From Chrysomallon squamiferum (lineage: Eukaryota > Animalia > Mollusca): 64,000 nt of DNA. The notes below the pieces were generated by a model. It did not search any database and was not told the origin of the DNA. It was given only the letters and a program-made list of their open reading frames with translations. The stretch spans positions 7,936,001 through 8,000,000 of the forward strand of contig CM022670.1 in assembly GCA_012295275.1 (NCBI GenBank). Reading direction: 5' to 3'. The position numbers and the translations under genes were made by a program. This document shows positions 53,301-64,000 of the stretch, piece after piece (positions within the stretch are counted from its first letter, which is position 1; each line of letters begins with the position of its first letter).

Positions 53301-55505
53301 CAAAAAAGTCATATATTATAAGTTAGAGACACTATATATCAGAAACTTCATGCCAGTCGTCATAAAACTGACATTTAAAGTCAGACATATAAATCATTCA
53401 CTATAATCCAGACACTCTTAGCCAGATACTGTAAGTCAGACACTATAAAAAATTAAAAAATAAACAAACACACTAACTTGCTCTTTAACATGTTCAATGT
53501 CACCCACATGTACACTGGCATCTTGTAATGTTTTTCTTCCTGGCCACGGACACTCTCGGGCAGGAGGTGCTCTATACATGGTGCTGATGCCTTGATTCTG
53601 TGTCTGGCCAGACATGCGTCCAGTTTGGTCTTGAGTGTAATAATAGCACGTTCTATGTCCCGACAGTTTTCTTCGAGAACTTCGTTTTCCAGTGGAGTGC
53701 GAATCTGAAATTTTCTGTTTTGGAAATCGCACAACATCACCATGACTAGAGCAGGGTCATCTTTTAACTGAGAATGTAAATTTAAAAAAAAAATGTACAT
53801 ATATATATATATATCAATATACTGTTACAATTTGTGTTCATTTTGTAATGGGTGACAGTGCATCAATGAAGAGTTTATTACATCACAACAATAATAATAA
53901 TAATAATGATGATGATGATGATGATAACAATAAATCAACAATAAAAAAATAACAATAATAATAAAGACAGTAATAATAACAATAACAATAACTAATAATG
54001 ATAATAATAACAACAAAATACTACTACTGCTAATAATAATAATAATCATAATAATAATAATAAAAGTAATAGCAACAATAACAATAATAAAATGACTATG
54101 ATTTTTTTTTCTTTAGATTTTTTTCTTTAGATTTTTTTTTACTGACATCATTTCCTCATACAGACATATACAAAATGTCTAATGCACTGTATTATTACAA
54201 TTTTCATAGCCCTTTAGGTGTTTTTAAAATGTCTTTAAAGGGAATGATGAATTAAACTGGCAAAACAATGTGATTTAAAATTCTCAGACTTCATATTTTA
54301 TTTATTTTTATTTACTGTCAGCAAAGATTGGCTTTTCGTAAAATTTTATGAATGGTATGAAATAATATAAAATCTGTGAAAATAATTTGTAGTACTGCTG
54401 CTATCTTAATACTTGTTACATTTATTAATATTATTCATTTAGTTTTGCAAAGCTGACTAATATATGCATGCTCATAGCTACAGTGAACAACACTGAAATA
54501 TGGATTAACTCACACATATTTTAATAATGTGTAAGCTTTCTAATGTTTGTGATTTTGTAAAATGTAGAAATCTGTTTTAAGACATTTTTCTTCATTAAAA
54601 ATGTACCTAGATTTTGAATCACAAATAAAAAGAAATTTAATCAAACTAAAAAATATTTATATCAAATGTATTTACAGAAAAGTTATTATTATTATTATTT
54701 TTTTAATATTAAATATTTCATTATTTTTTTTTTATTATTTTTAAAAAAAGTTTAAGAAGGCAGCAATAAAGAAAGTAAATTTACCTCTGGATAGAATGAG
54801 AAGAAAGAGACTTCATCAATTATCTCATCTAGTATTGTCTGATCTGAAAATGAGAACTAAAACTATGAGAAAAAAAAAAACTAAAACTATGAGAAAAAAA
54901 AAAAACATGAAGAAAAAAAACACACACACAAAAACACAATTATCTCATCTAGTATTGTCTGACCTGAAAAACAAACTAAAACTATGAAAAAAAAACATAC
55001 AAAAACACAATTATCTCATCTAGTATTGTCTGATCTGAAAAACAAACTAAAACTATGAAAAAAAAACCACATACAAAAACACAATTATCTCATCTAGTAT
55101 TGTCTGATCTGAAAAACAAACATTGTCTGATAAAAAAACAAACTAAACTAAAAAAAACACCAACATCTCATCAATTATCTCATATGAAAAACAAAAACAA
55201 ACTAAAAAAAAACACAAAACAAAAACACAAATCTGAAAATAAACAATGAAAAAAAAATCACAAAAACACAAACATAAACAATAAATGCTAAAATAAAAAG
55301 AATGTTCACATAAATACATACACACATACATTTCACAAACTCAACAACACATACACACACATCATGTACATACATACACACTTCTTATATATTTAATACA
55401 CATTATGTATGCATTTATTTCAATATGTTTATGTCCCTGTCTTTTTATATTTTAGTTTATTAGTTTACACTGTAAAGCACATCGAATTTACTTAGAATGA
55501 AAAAG

Positions 55506-55540
<35 letters not shown>

Positions 55541-56626
55541 TATAAGGTATAATAAACAAATAAACATCCACACACAAACATTAAACAGTCCAGCAAAAAA
55601 CAAATGACAGAAATCAAAATGGCAGAAAACATTTGCATCTTATATTTCATGCCAGTTTATACATCACATTTTCCAATCAATACATTTTACCTGCTATTAA
55701 TCAATCCAGGTATCTAGAACAATCAGTTTTGTCTTTGTAAATATAAAACTCACTCACTGAATTAATCTTCTTACAGTCTCAGACTACAGGAATACACTAT
55801 AGCTTTGTAAAAATATATTTGTCTGAGAGCTGATGGGATACAGGGTCAATCCCCCTTAGTCTACTTGTTTGTCTATTTTCACATGTCAGCCTGTCCTCAA
55901 GAAATGCTTTCTGGTATGATATTGTTATGGTATGTGCTGTGCTGTTTATGGAAAAGTGTCTGTGTGGAAAATATTTCTTGATAATCAGTGCTGCCACATT
56001 AGTAAAATTCCTCTATGATCATAAAAATGCAACAAAAAAAAAATAAAAATAAAAAATAAAAAATAATAATAAAAAATAGAAAAATAAAATAAAATAAAAT
56101 AAATAAATAAATAAATAACTGAAAAAATGAAAATAACATCAAGATTCAACAGAAAAAAAAAAAAAAGAAAAAATCCAAACTTATCTTTACCATAATGAGG
56201 TGTAAAAAATAAAAGATTTATTAATTTATTTTTGGTTGTCTCAAATTACTTCAAGTTTATTTTGGTTAAAATCCCATAATTTACTCTTTTTATTAATTTA
56301 TTATTATTTTTTTTTTTTTAAATATAATTTTAAACCTTAGATAAAATCTGTCAAACACTCAAGTTTTTTTTGTCTAATCAGAAGTGCAATCAGGATTTTC
56401 TAGAGGACAGAGGTGAAACAATCATGAGTGATATTTACCAGTATAAAAAGTGCTCATCCAGATTATATAATGAAACAGACATTACTGATATTTTTTTATT
56501 TATCTTTTTTTAGATTTATTTATTATTATTTTTTTTTTTTTTTTTTTTTTTTTCTTTGGTGGGGGGGCTATTTTGATTGTTAGTAAATATTTATTTATTT
56601 ATTTATTTATTTATTTATTACTATTT

Positions 56627-56689
<63 letters not shown>

Positions 56690-57192
56690 TAATTATTATT
56701 ATTTTTTTTTTTTTTTTGTTGTTGTAGTGTACAAAGAAAATTCTTTCTTACACAATGACACTTTAAAATTAGATATGAAATAATCATTTGAAATTTTGGT
56801 CACAGCAAAGAAAGGTCAAGACCCCTTGACCACTGCTAACTCCACCCCGTATCTGTACATGTTAAACAGAACTTAAACAAAGTGTGTGTAAATGTTTGAG
56901 TTGTTACTATCAGGATACGTTTGAAGAGTTTCTTATGAAGTACAGGTGTTTGTAAAACAGGTAAATATTTACCTGCTTTAATTTACTGTTCATGTGAGAA
57001 GAAAGAATTTTGAAGTGATGTAAGTACACTCTACAAATATTTGAAATGTTTGCATTAGTATCATGTCAGAGATGTATTGTAAACAAAATGCTCACAGAAA
57101 ATAATACACATACACAATTACACATACCTACATACCTAAACAGCTATCAAGATACATATACATATATACATACTTACATATAAATCTACACA

Positions 57193-57238
<46 letters not shown>

Positions 57239-57324
57239 TCATGCATGCATGCAGACATACAAACATTAACATTTAAAAAAACAAGAATACCTAAATACAT
57301 ATATAGAAATATTTGTACAATGTG

Positions 57325-57375
<51 letters not shown>

Positions 57376-59287
57376 ATATCTATATATATAGATACATTGA
57401 CATGCACACACACACACACATATATATATATTATAAAATTGTGTTATTTTTCCAAGGTTAACAAAAAAATTCATGTGAAACATTCTTAACAAATTCACAC
57501 AATATAATCAATGCTAATATTGTCAGCCATAATTGTAAACAGACCATTACCACAGCAACATTTGGAAATAATTATACATTATTATCATCCCTCGAATTAT
57601 CCATCACTAAAATTACAAGTACAGAAAATTGTGAAAGTAAATTGATTAAGTGGTGTCTAACAAAGTATGATTAAAATTAATCAATGGAATTCATTTAATG
57701 TGTGTAGGTATGTATCTGAGTGCGTTCATAAATGTGTCTGTCTGTCTATCTTTTGACCTTTATGTATAATGCTTTTATTATCTACTATTACATAAACTGT
57801 TCTTACTACAATAATCACTATTTACTATTTATATATATTTTTTCTTTACTCTAACTATTATTACCACTACCATTATTACTGTTATTATTATTACTAGCAC
57901 TACTGTTATTATTACTTCTTTCATTACAACGAATGCAAATACAATTACTATTAATATATATTATTGTTGTTGTTGTTGCTGCTGTATTACAATCATTACT
58001 GTTGTTAATACCACTATTATTGCTACTGCTACTAATACTTTTGCTACTATTACTACTACTACTACAATTACTACCACTACTACCATCAATACAAATACTA
58101 CTGCTATCAATATTGTTACTTCCACTGCCCATTGATACTAATATTATCAATACACCTATTACTACCATTATAACTGCTATAACAGCATTGGTGATTAGAC
58201 TATTAATAGTAAAGTATATTGAAATAAGAAATAATTAATAAAACTATTGATGAAAACTTTATAATATGTACCCTATCTTCATCATGCTGCCTTCTTAGTA
58301 CAATACTTTACATCACAAGCTTTAAGTTTTTATAAACAGTGCAGAAAAAATTTCATCTGAACTAAGCATGTTGAATATTTAATGTAAATCATTCCTCGTA
58401 AAGTCATCTAATTAAGGTTAGTGATTCTCTGATTAAATATTAATTATTAATGGCAGAGTCAGATACCACAGCACTGGAAATTAATAGTCATGGTTACGTG
58501 GTTTAGGATTAGATACAAAAACGATAGCCTGTAATTCGGTTATTAAGATATCGGTAGTCATCTTCAGAATATATTACTATCGTGTGTTAAGAAATATTAT
58601 AAATAATAAGAAAAATGACAACAACAATAAAAATAAGAATTAAAGTAATAATAACAACAGTAATAACACAAATAACAAAACTAATAACACCAGTAACAAT
58701 AATAATAATAATAATAATAACAACAACAACAACAACAACAACAATACTATAACATCAACCATTATAATAATACTAACAAGTAATAACAATAAAAATGAAA
58801 CAAATCAACATCACAGCTAAACAGTAGTATACAAATTACTGACATTCTCATACTTACATTTCAGAGTCTTAAACGCCAATTCGTAGGTGAGTTTTTTTTC
58901 CTCCACACTCTCAAACTCCTCATCGGCGACAGGAGGGGGAATGGACTTGGAGCCCCTGTCTTTCCTCAACTTCTGCGCCTGGGATGAGTCAGGATCATGT
59001 TTTAAGACTCCGTACAGCTTGGCAGCTCGTATGAACACCCGATGGGAATAAATTGTGGGTTCTTTCTGGAAAAACTCCAAGCGATACCTCGCTTCATTTT
59101 GTTTCAGACTGCTGATCAGTTTCTTTGTGAGGTCGCTGAAGAACAAAACTGACTGTTTCTGCCGCAGATCTGGAGCAGACATCATGTAATTTTTCAAAGG
59201 ACGACATGTCCCATCACACTTTTCTGTGAGCTCAGTGTCTGAACTGGTCAGAGCTTCCCCATTGTTGAGAGGTATTGTTTCAGTCAT
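44220..59287 (-). CDS. NSUN7: NSUN7-like putative (probably inactive) RNA m5C methyltransferase, about 655 aa. Exons: 59287-58858, 54843-54785, 53767-53478, 53254-53068, 50153-49943, 48463-48320, 47815-47714, 46635-46385, 44513-44220
   Basis: Nine GT-AG exons join in frame (1968 nt). Peptides follow vertebrate NSUN7 colinearly: YELAFKTLKYQ, VMLCDFQNRKFQ, KTKLDACLARHRIK, LQDKSSCLAPHS, VSNPVEFVINE, QAVVYYTRSVYEEENENVV, PYRLVPPVLP, NGCFVAVITRE, IIARAHSKGL. The start codon is less certain. Confidence 0.93.
44516..44725. repeat. Degenerate 7/14-bp GTGAA-based repeat abutting the last NSUN7 acceptor
   Basis: gtgaaca, gtgaaat and atatgaa units. Confidence 0.75.
44805..45060 (-). mobile_element. Degenerate tRNA-derived SINE relic
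   Basis: GC-richer block (ccactcgacacatttt...aaggaccac...gagaggaaa...cccacatacagga...cactggctggaa) resembling, from memory, the reverse complement of an abundant gastropod SINE; appears related to 55790-55990. Confidence 0.5.
45844..45966. repeat. 26-bp minisatellite (about 5 copies) with degenerate flanks
   Basis: agaggtatattcagacaggtataaat repeated. Confidence 0.85.
46385..46635 (-). CDS. NSUN7: NSUN7 exon 8 (HRSQAVVYYTRSVYEEENE...NGCFVAVITRE)
   Basis: ttctcag acceptor, GAG|GTTGGT donor; overlaps ORF 46268-46618; motifs VI-X. Confidence 0.93.
47714..47815 (-). CDS. NSUN7: NSUN7 exon 7 (DMNILKDLSATSTDRSWLTELVTSHSALLRHALK)
   Basis: ttctgcag acceptor, A|GTAAG donor. Confidence 0.9.
48320..48463 (-). 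CDS. NSUN7: NSUN7 exon 6 (VKLMSTNFLDVDPDDSRFKGVRAVLVTANCSKSAVSNPVEFVINEGE)
   Basis: ttttcag acceptor, G|GTACGT donor; motif IV region. Confidence 0.92.
49943..50153 (-). CDS. NSUN7: NSUN7 exon 5 (DKSSCLAPHSAKHLLNDDDDIIHVNIGAGLTTAHL...)
   Basis: tttcag acceptor, GTATTT donor; degenerate motif I region. Confidence 0.92.
51541..53083 (-). repeat. 69-bp tandem array (about 22 unit lengths, partly scrambled) made of the last 16 nt of NSUN7 exon 4 plus the donor and intron start
   Basis: + strand unit ctaccatcctacctcaccacccactagcccagtctgtacctgt(a/c)agacagctttgttgttctctacaat; the terminal unit overlaps exon 53068-53083. Confidence 0.97.
53068..53254 (-). CDS. NSUN7: NSUN7 exon 4 (MYDVISILKEE...DNHCNDLIEFP...GKAVLQ)
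   Basis: tttcag acceptor, CAG|GTACAG donor; joins to DKS to give the conserved QDKS. Confidence 0.92.
53478..53767 (-). CDS. NSUN7: NSUN7 exon 3 (LKDDPALVMVMLCDFQNRKFQ...MPVYMWV...)
   Basis: Within ORF 53453-53800; ctcag acceptor, GTTAGT donor. Confidence 0.93.
54785..54843 (-). CDS. NSUN7: NSUN7 exon 2 (YQTILDEIIDEVSFFSFYPE)
   Basis: ttttcag acceptor, GAG|GTAA donor, phase 1 to 0; not in the ORF track. Confidence 0.88.
54817..55185 (-). repeat. About 72-bp tandem copies of the NSUN7 exon 2 acceptor plus the first 27 exon nt (3 full decoys plus fragments)
   Basis: caattatctcatctagtattgtctga(t/c)ctgaaaa at 54817 (real exon), 54937, 55008 and 55082; partial copy at 55172. Confidence 0.93.
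55790..55990 (+). mobile_element. Degenerate SINE relic, same family in opposite orientation
   Basis: B-box-like gggtcaatccc followed by ctattt...cagcc...tggtatgtgct core. Confidence 0.4.
58858..59287 (-). CDS. NSUN7: NSUN7 first coding exon (MTETIP...IYSHRVFIRAAKLY...YELAFKTLK)
   Basis: ORF 58817-59287; T|GTAAGT donor; in-frame TGA upstream at 59356-59354. Confidence 0.88.
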
Positions 59288-59306
59288 GCTGAATAATTCT
59301 CTTGGA

Positions 59307-59329
59307 CCCGCCCCCAGAAATCTGATTGG
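59307..59329 (-). promoter_or_regulatory. Adjacent CCAAT box and GC box upstream of the NSUN7 ATG
   Basis: - strand CCAATCAG (59329-59322) and GGGGGCGGG (59315-59307) in a very GC-poor background. Confidence 0.35.
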
Positions 59330-60099
59330 TCGACTAAATGACTTGTTAGGAACTCACAGCTGTCAGTCAGCCGAATCTGAAAGAATTGTTCAAAGTCAGA
59401 AACTTCCCTTTCAAATCTGACTGGTTTACTTGAAAATTAAAACTGTAAATCAACTGAATGCAAATGAATTTTTTAACAATTAAAATCATCCTGTGAAATA
59501 CTGCTCAAAAAATGAAAAACTATCAACCATCTAAGTCTACATGAATTATTTAATATTATTACCACCCTCTAAAATCTGATTGGCTTTCTTAGAAAATTAA
59601 AAGTGTCAATCAGTTGAATCTGAAGAACAACATAATGTTAGTACCACCCACTAAGGTAAGACTGGTTTGTTTCATCATTAAGAACTGTGAGTTAAACCAC
59701 AAAAGAATTAAAACAGTGCAATAAAAAAAAAAAAAAAAACTTTCCAATATGTCACTGGCTAAAATAACACCAAGTTGTTTATCTAATTGATTTTCTTTGA
59801 CATCAGTGAACCTATCAGTGTAGTTGGACTGAAGAAATTATTCAGGAACTTGATCAGAGATGAGGGTCATAAAACCCAGACCCTGATCAGTAATAAAACT
59901 GCAGAGTAAATGTATGTTTTCCAGTTGGTAGATTATTCTACATGTTTGTGAAATTGCTTGTAACTTTGAGCCTGTCAGTATGTAACTGTGAGATGGGGTT
60001 TTTATATATTGTGTTTGTAAATTTCTGTTTGTGACTGTGAGTTCATAGGATTATGTACATAAAACTGTTTCTGCGAGTGTTTTTGGTTGAGACTGTTTG

Positions 60100-60600
60100 T
60101 TTTTAAGTGTCTGTATTTGTGAAAGTATGTGGGAATTTTTATTTGTGAGTTTAAGTTACAAGATTATATTTGTAAGACTATGAACTACATAAACCTATGT
60201 TTCTAAGATTTAGAAATGGCATTTGTTAGATAATGCTTTTAAATCCAATTTTGAAAGATCATGTTTGTCAATCTGTGTTGTAAGATGTTTGTAAATCTGA
60301 GTTTGAAAGATCATGCTTGTATGTCTGAGTTTTGTAAGATCATATTTATAAATCTGTTTGTAAAACCATATTTGTAAGATATGTTTGTAAGATTATGTTT
60401 GCAATTCTAAGTTTTGTAAGACTCAGTTTGTAAGATAAGCTTTGTAAATCTGAGTTTTGTTAGTGTGATTGGGTAACGTGTTTGCAAACATGAAATTGTA
60501 AGATTCAATTTCAGACTGTGAGATAGTGAAACCATTTGTGAATTTGTAAAACTGTGAGGTTACATTTGTAAGACTGTCTTTGTAAATCTGAGACTGTGAG
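60100..60600. repeat. Degenerate TTTGTAAGA-based minisatellite
   Basis: Many tttgtaag(a) and ctgag/ctgtgag units. Confidence 0.6.
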
Positions 60601-62624
60601 ACCCTGTCTGATGTAATCAAAAAACCCACTGTATTCACACAAAAGCTATAAACTACAGCTCTTACACAGACTGTTTTTTCTCGCATCACTTTGGTTTTTA
60701 TTTTATCTCAGATTTTCCACACCAGTGAACTATAAAACAATATTGTTATGTAAAATAAAATAATGAACAGAATCTCTTACTAGATCTGTTCAATAACTGA
60801 AATCTGAGAGAAAACACTGTCTGAATTCTGATTAGACAAACAATGCATGCAGATAATAAATCTTTCAATGAGGCTTCCGTGAATGGTTTAACATGTAAAA
60901 GTAACAGGAATCAAATCCTGGTGCAGGTGATATATGACTTTACCTTGGCTGATGTGCTGAATTTTGTATATATCAAACAAATATATGTACATATATAAAT
61001 GCAAACTGATATTCACATATATGTTCATGCATACATACATACATACATATATATATATACGCCGACATACATGCATTTATATATCTACCTATCTGTATAA
61101 ACAGGCAGGATTCAACGTGATAAGTTTAATATTTAAATATATATAAAGGGTATCATTTTCAGAAAAACAATGAGAAACACATAAAAATAAAATTAAATGT
61201 AAAAAAAAAAGAAGAATATGTTAATAAATTAAAGTATAAAAGAAAAAGAAAAATGAATTTGTTAATAAATGAAATGATAGAAATAAAATAAATATTAATA
61301 AATAAATAAATAAATAAAGCAAAATAATAATAAAAAATAAATAAATAAAACTAAATTTAAAAATATTAAATAAACAAAACAAATAATATAAAATATTCAA
61401 GAAATAAAATACAAATAATAATAAAATTTTATGTTTTTTACCCACAAAAAATGTTGATTTCAAAACAATAAAGACTACTTCTAAAATCAAACAACCAACA
61501 AAAACGAAATCATTTCTAACCACTGAAAACAAAAAACCACTATATACAAAAAAAAACCACACTCATTGTTTGAGTGTTTGTCTCAATCAGAACTGAACTC
61601 TTTGATGTGAAATTATTTCTAAAAACAGAGTGTCATCAATCATCAGGTGACAATATTTGTAAGCTGATTGAATCTGCAACACTACTACTGACGTCACCAG
61701 TTTTTTCTGAACATCAATATTCAGAAAAACCTAAAACTATACTAAACACTTCTCTAACAGAATTATTACAAAGCACCATAATTACTGTCACCTAGCAAAA
61801 ACCTGACATTTATGAATTGCTTCGTACTGTTATACACTGAGAAAAAAAGATAAATGAATCTAATTAGAAATATTGCTCAGGGCAGCTACTGTTTGTTTAT
61901 TTAAATAAACATAAATAAATAAAAATTATTAATAAAAAAATCCTTTAGAAAAGAATGGATTGAAGTTGGGAAGAATATCAAGGTACCTTTCTTTTATTTA
62001 AATAAAAATATTTTTATTAAAAAATTTTTTTACTTCATTTATAAAAGGATTGAAGAAAAATCAGTTCATTAGATGAATGCTTTGTTAATTAAAAAGGAAA
62101 GGAAAAAAAAACAACATATATTGAAAAAGTGTGTTAATAATGATGTGAATAAATATCATGTTAAAAACTTACAGCTGAATGTTTAATTTGATTTTTTTTT
62201 GGTCAAAATGATGCTATTATAATAAAAATAATCTAAAAAAAATGTTTAAAAAAAAAAAAAAATTTTTTATTTATTTATTTATTTATTATTTTATATATTT
62301 ATTTATCTACATTTTATTATTATTGAAGTGCATCTAAGAGGGTAAACAGCCAAAACCAGTTTTTATATATTTAAAGGTTAACAGTTCATTAATTTGTTGT
62401 TACTATAGAAGTACAATAAAACTCCAGTTTAATGTTTCTCGATTTAGTTCAAAATCCAGTACAACAATACAGCTCTTTCTGTAAAGGGTTTTAGTGAATT
62501 AATCTTCTTTTTGTTTTTTGAATATAACATAAAAAAAATTCTTATTTAAATTAAATGGATGCCACTTTCTGCCTTTCTTGAATAATTCTGTTTATTTTAT
62601 TTATCTACTTATTTATTTATTATG

Positions 62625-62655
<31 letters not shown>

Positions 62656-64000
62656 ACATTTTATACAATCTTGATAAATAAAAAGTAATTTTGTCCATGT
62701 TTTTTTGTTTTTTTTTTTGAAAATAGAAATATTTGATGGACATATAAATATACATGCTAACATCTAAAAGCTAAATAAATGAGTAACACCAATAATTAAT
62801 TATGTAAAACATTTGTAATTAAATTACAAAACATATTTATCTTTATTCTCCATTTTTTTTTAAATTTTTTTATTACTGTTATATGCTATAAAACTATTTT
62901 GAATGTATAACAAAAAACACAAAGTAACAAAATTTTCTTTACTTTCAGATATACATTTTTCAACAACAATCTTAATATTTAATCTACAAAATATTCAATC
63001 TATTTAAATCTACTGTTTTATTAAGAACTTACGGTATCTACTAAAATTATAATTCCAGACTTTATACTTAAGCTCTATTATACTAACTAAAATAAAAATC
63101 TGAATGTGTACCTCACCTGTCTTTTTATATATCCGTAGAGTTTGTTCTTCAAGCAATCAACCAAAATATTTACATGAAATATATACAGCCTTATTTATAG
63201 ACAAAGTACTTTACACTTAAGGACTGAAAACCCTTCATTGTGTTACATTTGAGTCTTCTTTGAATAATACAAGGAAAGTTAATATCAGTGGAAAAAGTTA
63301 AGTATCAGGCTAAACAAACCATAAAAATAGTAAAATCATATCAATCATTATCAATTAGGTCAACAAGGCAATAAAAACCAGATCATAAACAGTTTCATGG
63401 GAATCAAATGAAGTGAAAAAACCACGTAACTGTATATAAATGAGTTTTAAGTACCTGTGTATTTTCGTTTGATTTTTTTATTTATTTTTTATTTCAGCTG
63501 TATTGTTGTTTGGGGGGGGTGCTGGTGGAGGGGTTAGTGGTTTATTTATTGTTGTTTGTTTTTTAGCTTTGAAACTGAATTTTTTTTTTTTTTTTTTTCT
63601 TAATTTTAAAATTGTTTATTTTCTTTTTCTTTCCATCTTTTTTTTTTTTTTCTTTTTTTTTTAAAAATTTTTAAATCATAATTCTTACATCTATATATTT
63701 CTGCTGTCTTGTTTTTTTTTTTTTTTCTTTTTTTTTGAAGTGTGTTTATTGGGTTCTCTCACTTTTTAAACTGATTTTGTCTTTTCAGTTAACAGTGATC
63801 TTCTTTTCACTGGAATTTGACAATTTTTAGTTTAATGACATTCCAGTCAATGCTTTTCTGAACAAAGATGTCTGGTGCAATAATATTTTTATCAATTATT
63901 TCTCTGATAATTTTTTTGCTCAACAATTTTTCATGCAAATATTATTAACTTCTGACACCATCTGTCACAATTTTCTAGATCTGGATATCAAGATATTAGA

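Noticed and set aside
61574-61795. 73-aa + strand ORF with coding-like composition
   Set aside because: No ATG, in-frame stop just upstream, stops in all - strand frames; no homology recognised
63831-64000. Open frame at the window edge ending in NFLDLDIK, reminiscent of a retroelement RT motif
   Set aside because: Too short and truncated by the window; similarity limited to a few residues

Overview
Very AT-rich, microsatellite-dense eukaryotic (animal) DNA. The protostome-type FE65 sequence and the SINE relics suggest an invertebrate, probably a mollusc (inference). I assembled two spliced genes by hand from GT-AG boundaries with consistent intron phases, and they face each other tail-to-tail. 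(1) A + strand FE65/APBB adaptor gene (WW, PTB1, PTB2) has coding exons at 13149-30015; its first coding exon was not located. It also has a 6-nt microexon (25046-25051) and a duplicated alternative last exon (31877-31951). (2) A - strand NSUN7-like gene has 9 exons (59287-44220, about 655 aa) and Arg in place of the motif VI catalytic Cys. The most unusual feature is three unrelated tandem arrays (47 bp, 69 bp, about 72 bp; possibly a fourth of 88 bp), each built from a copy of a real exon-intron junction, so real splice sites sit next to roughly 3-20 decoy copies. Between the genes, a - strand chain of candidate microexons includes a textbook 3-nt exon (39407-39409). Most ORFs in the supplied track are low-complexity artefacts.
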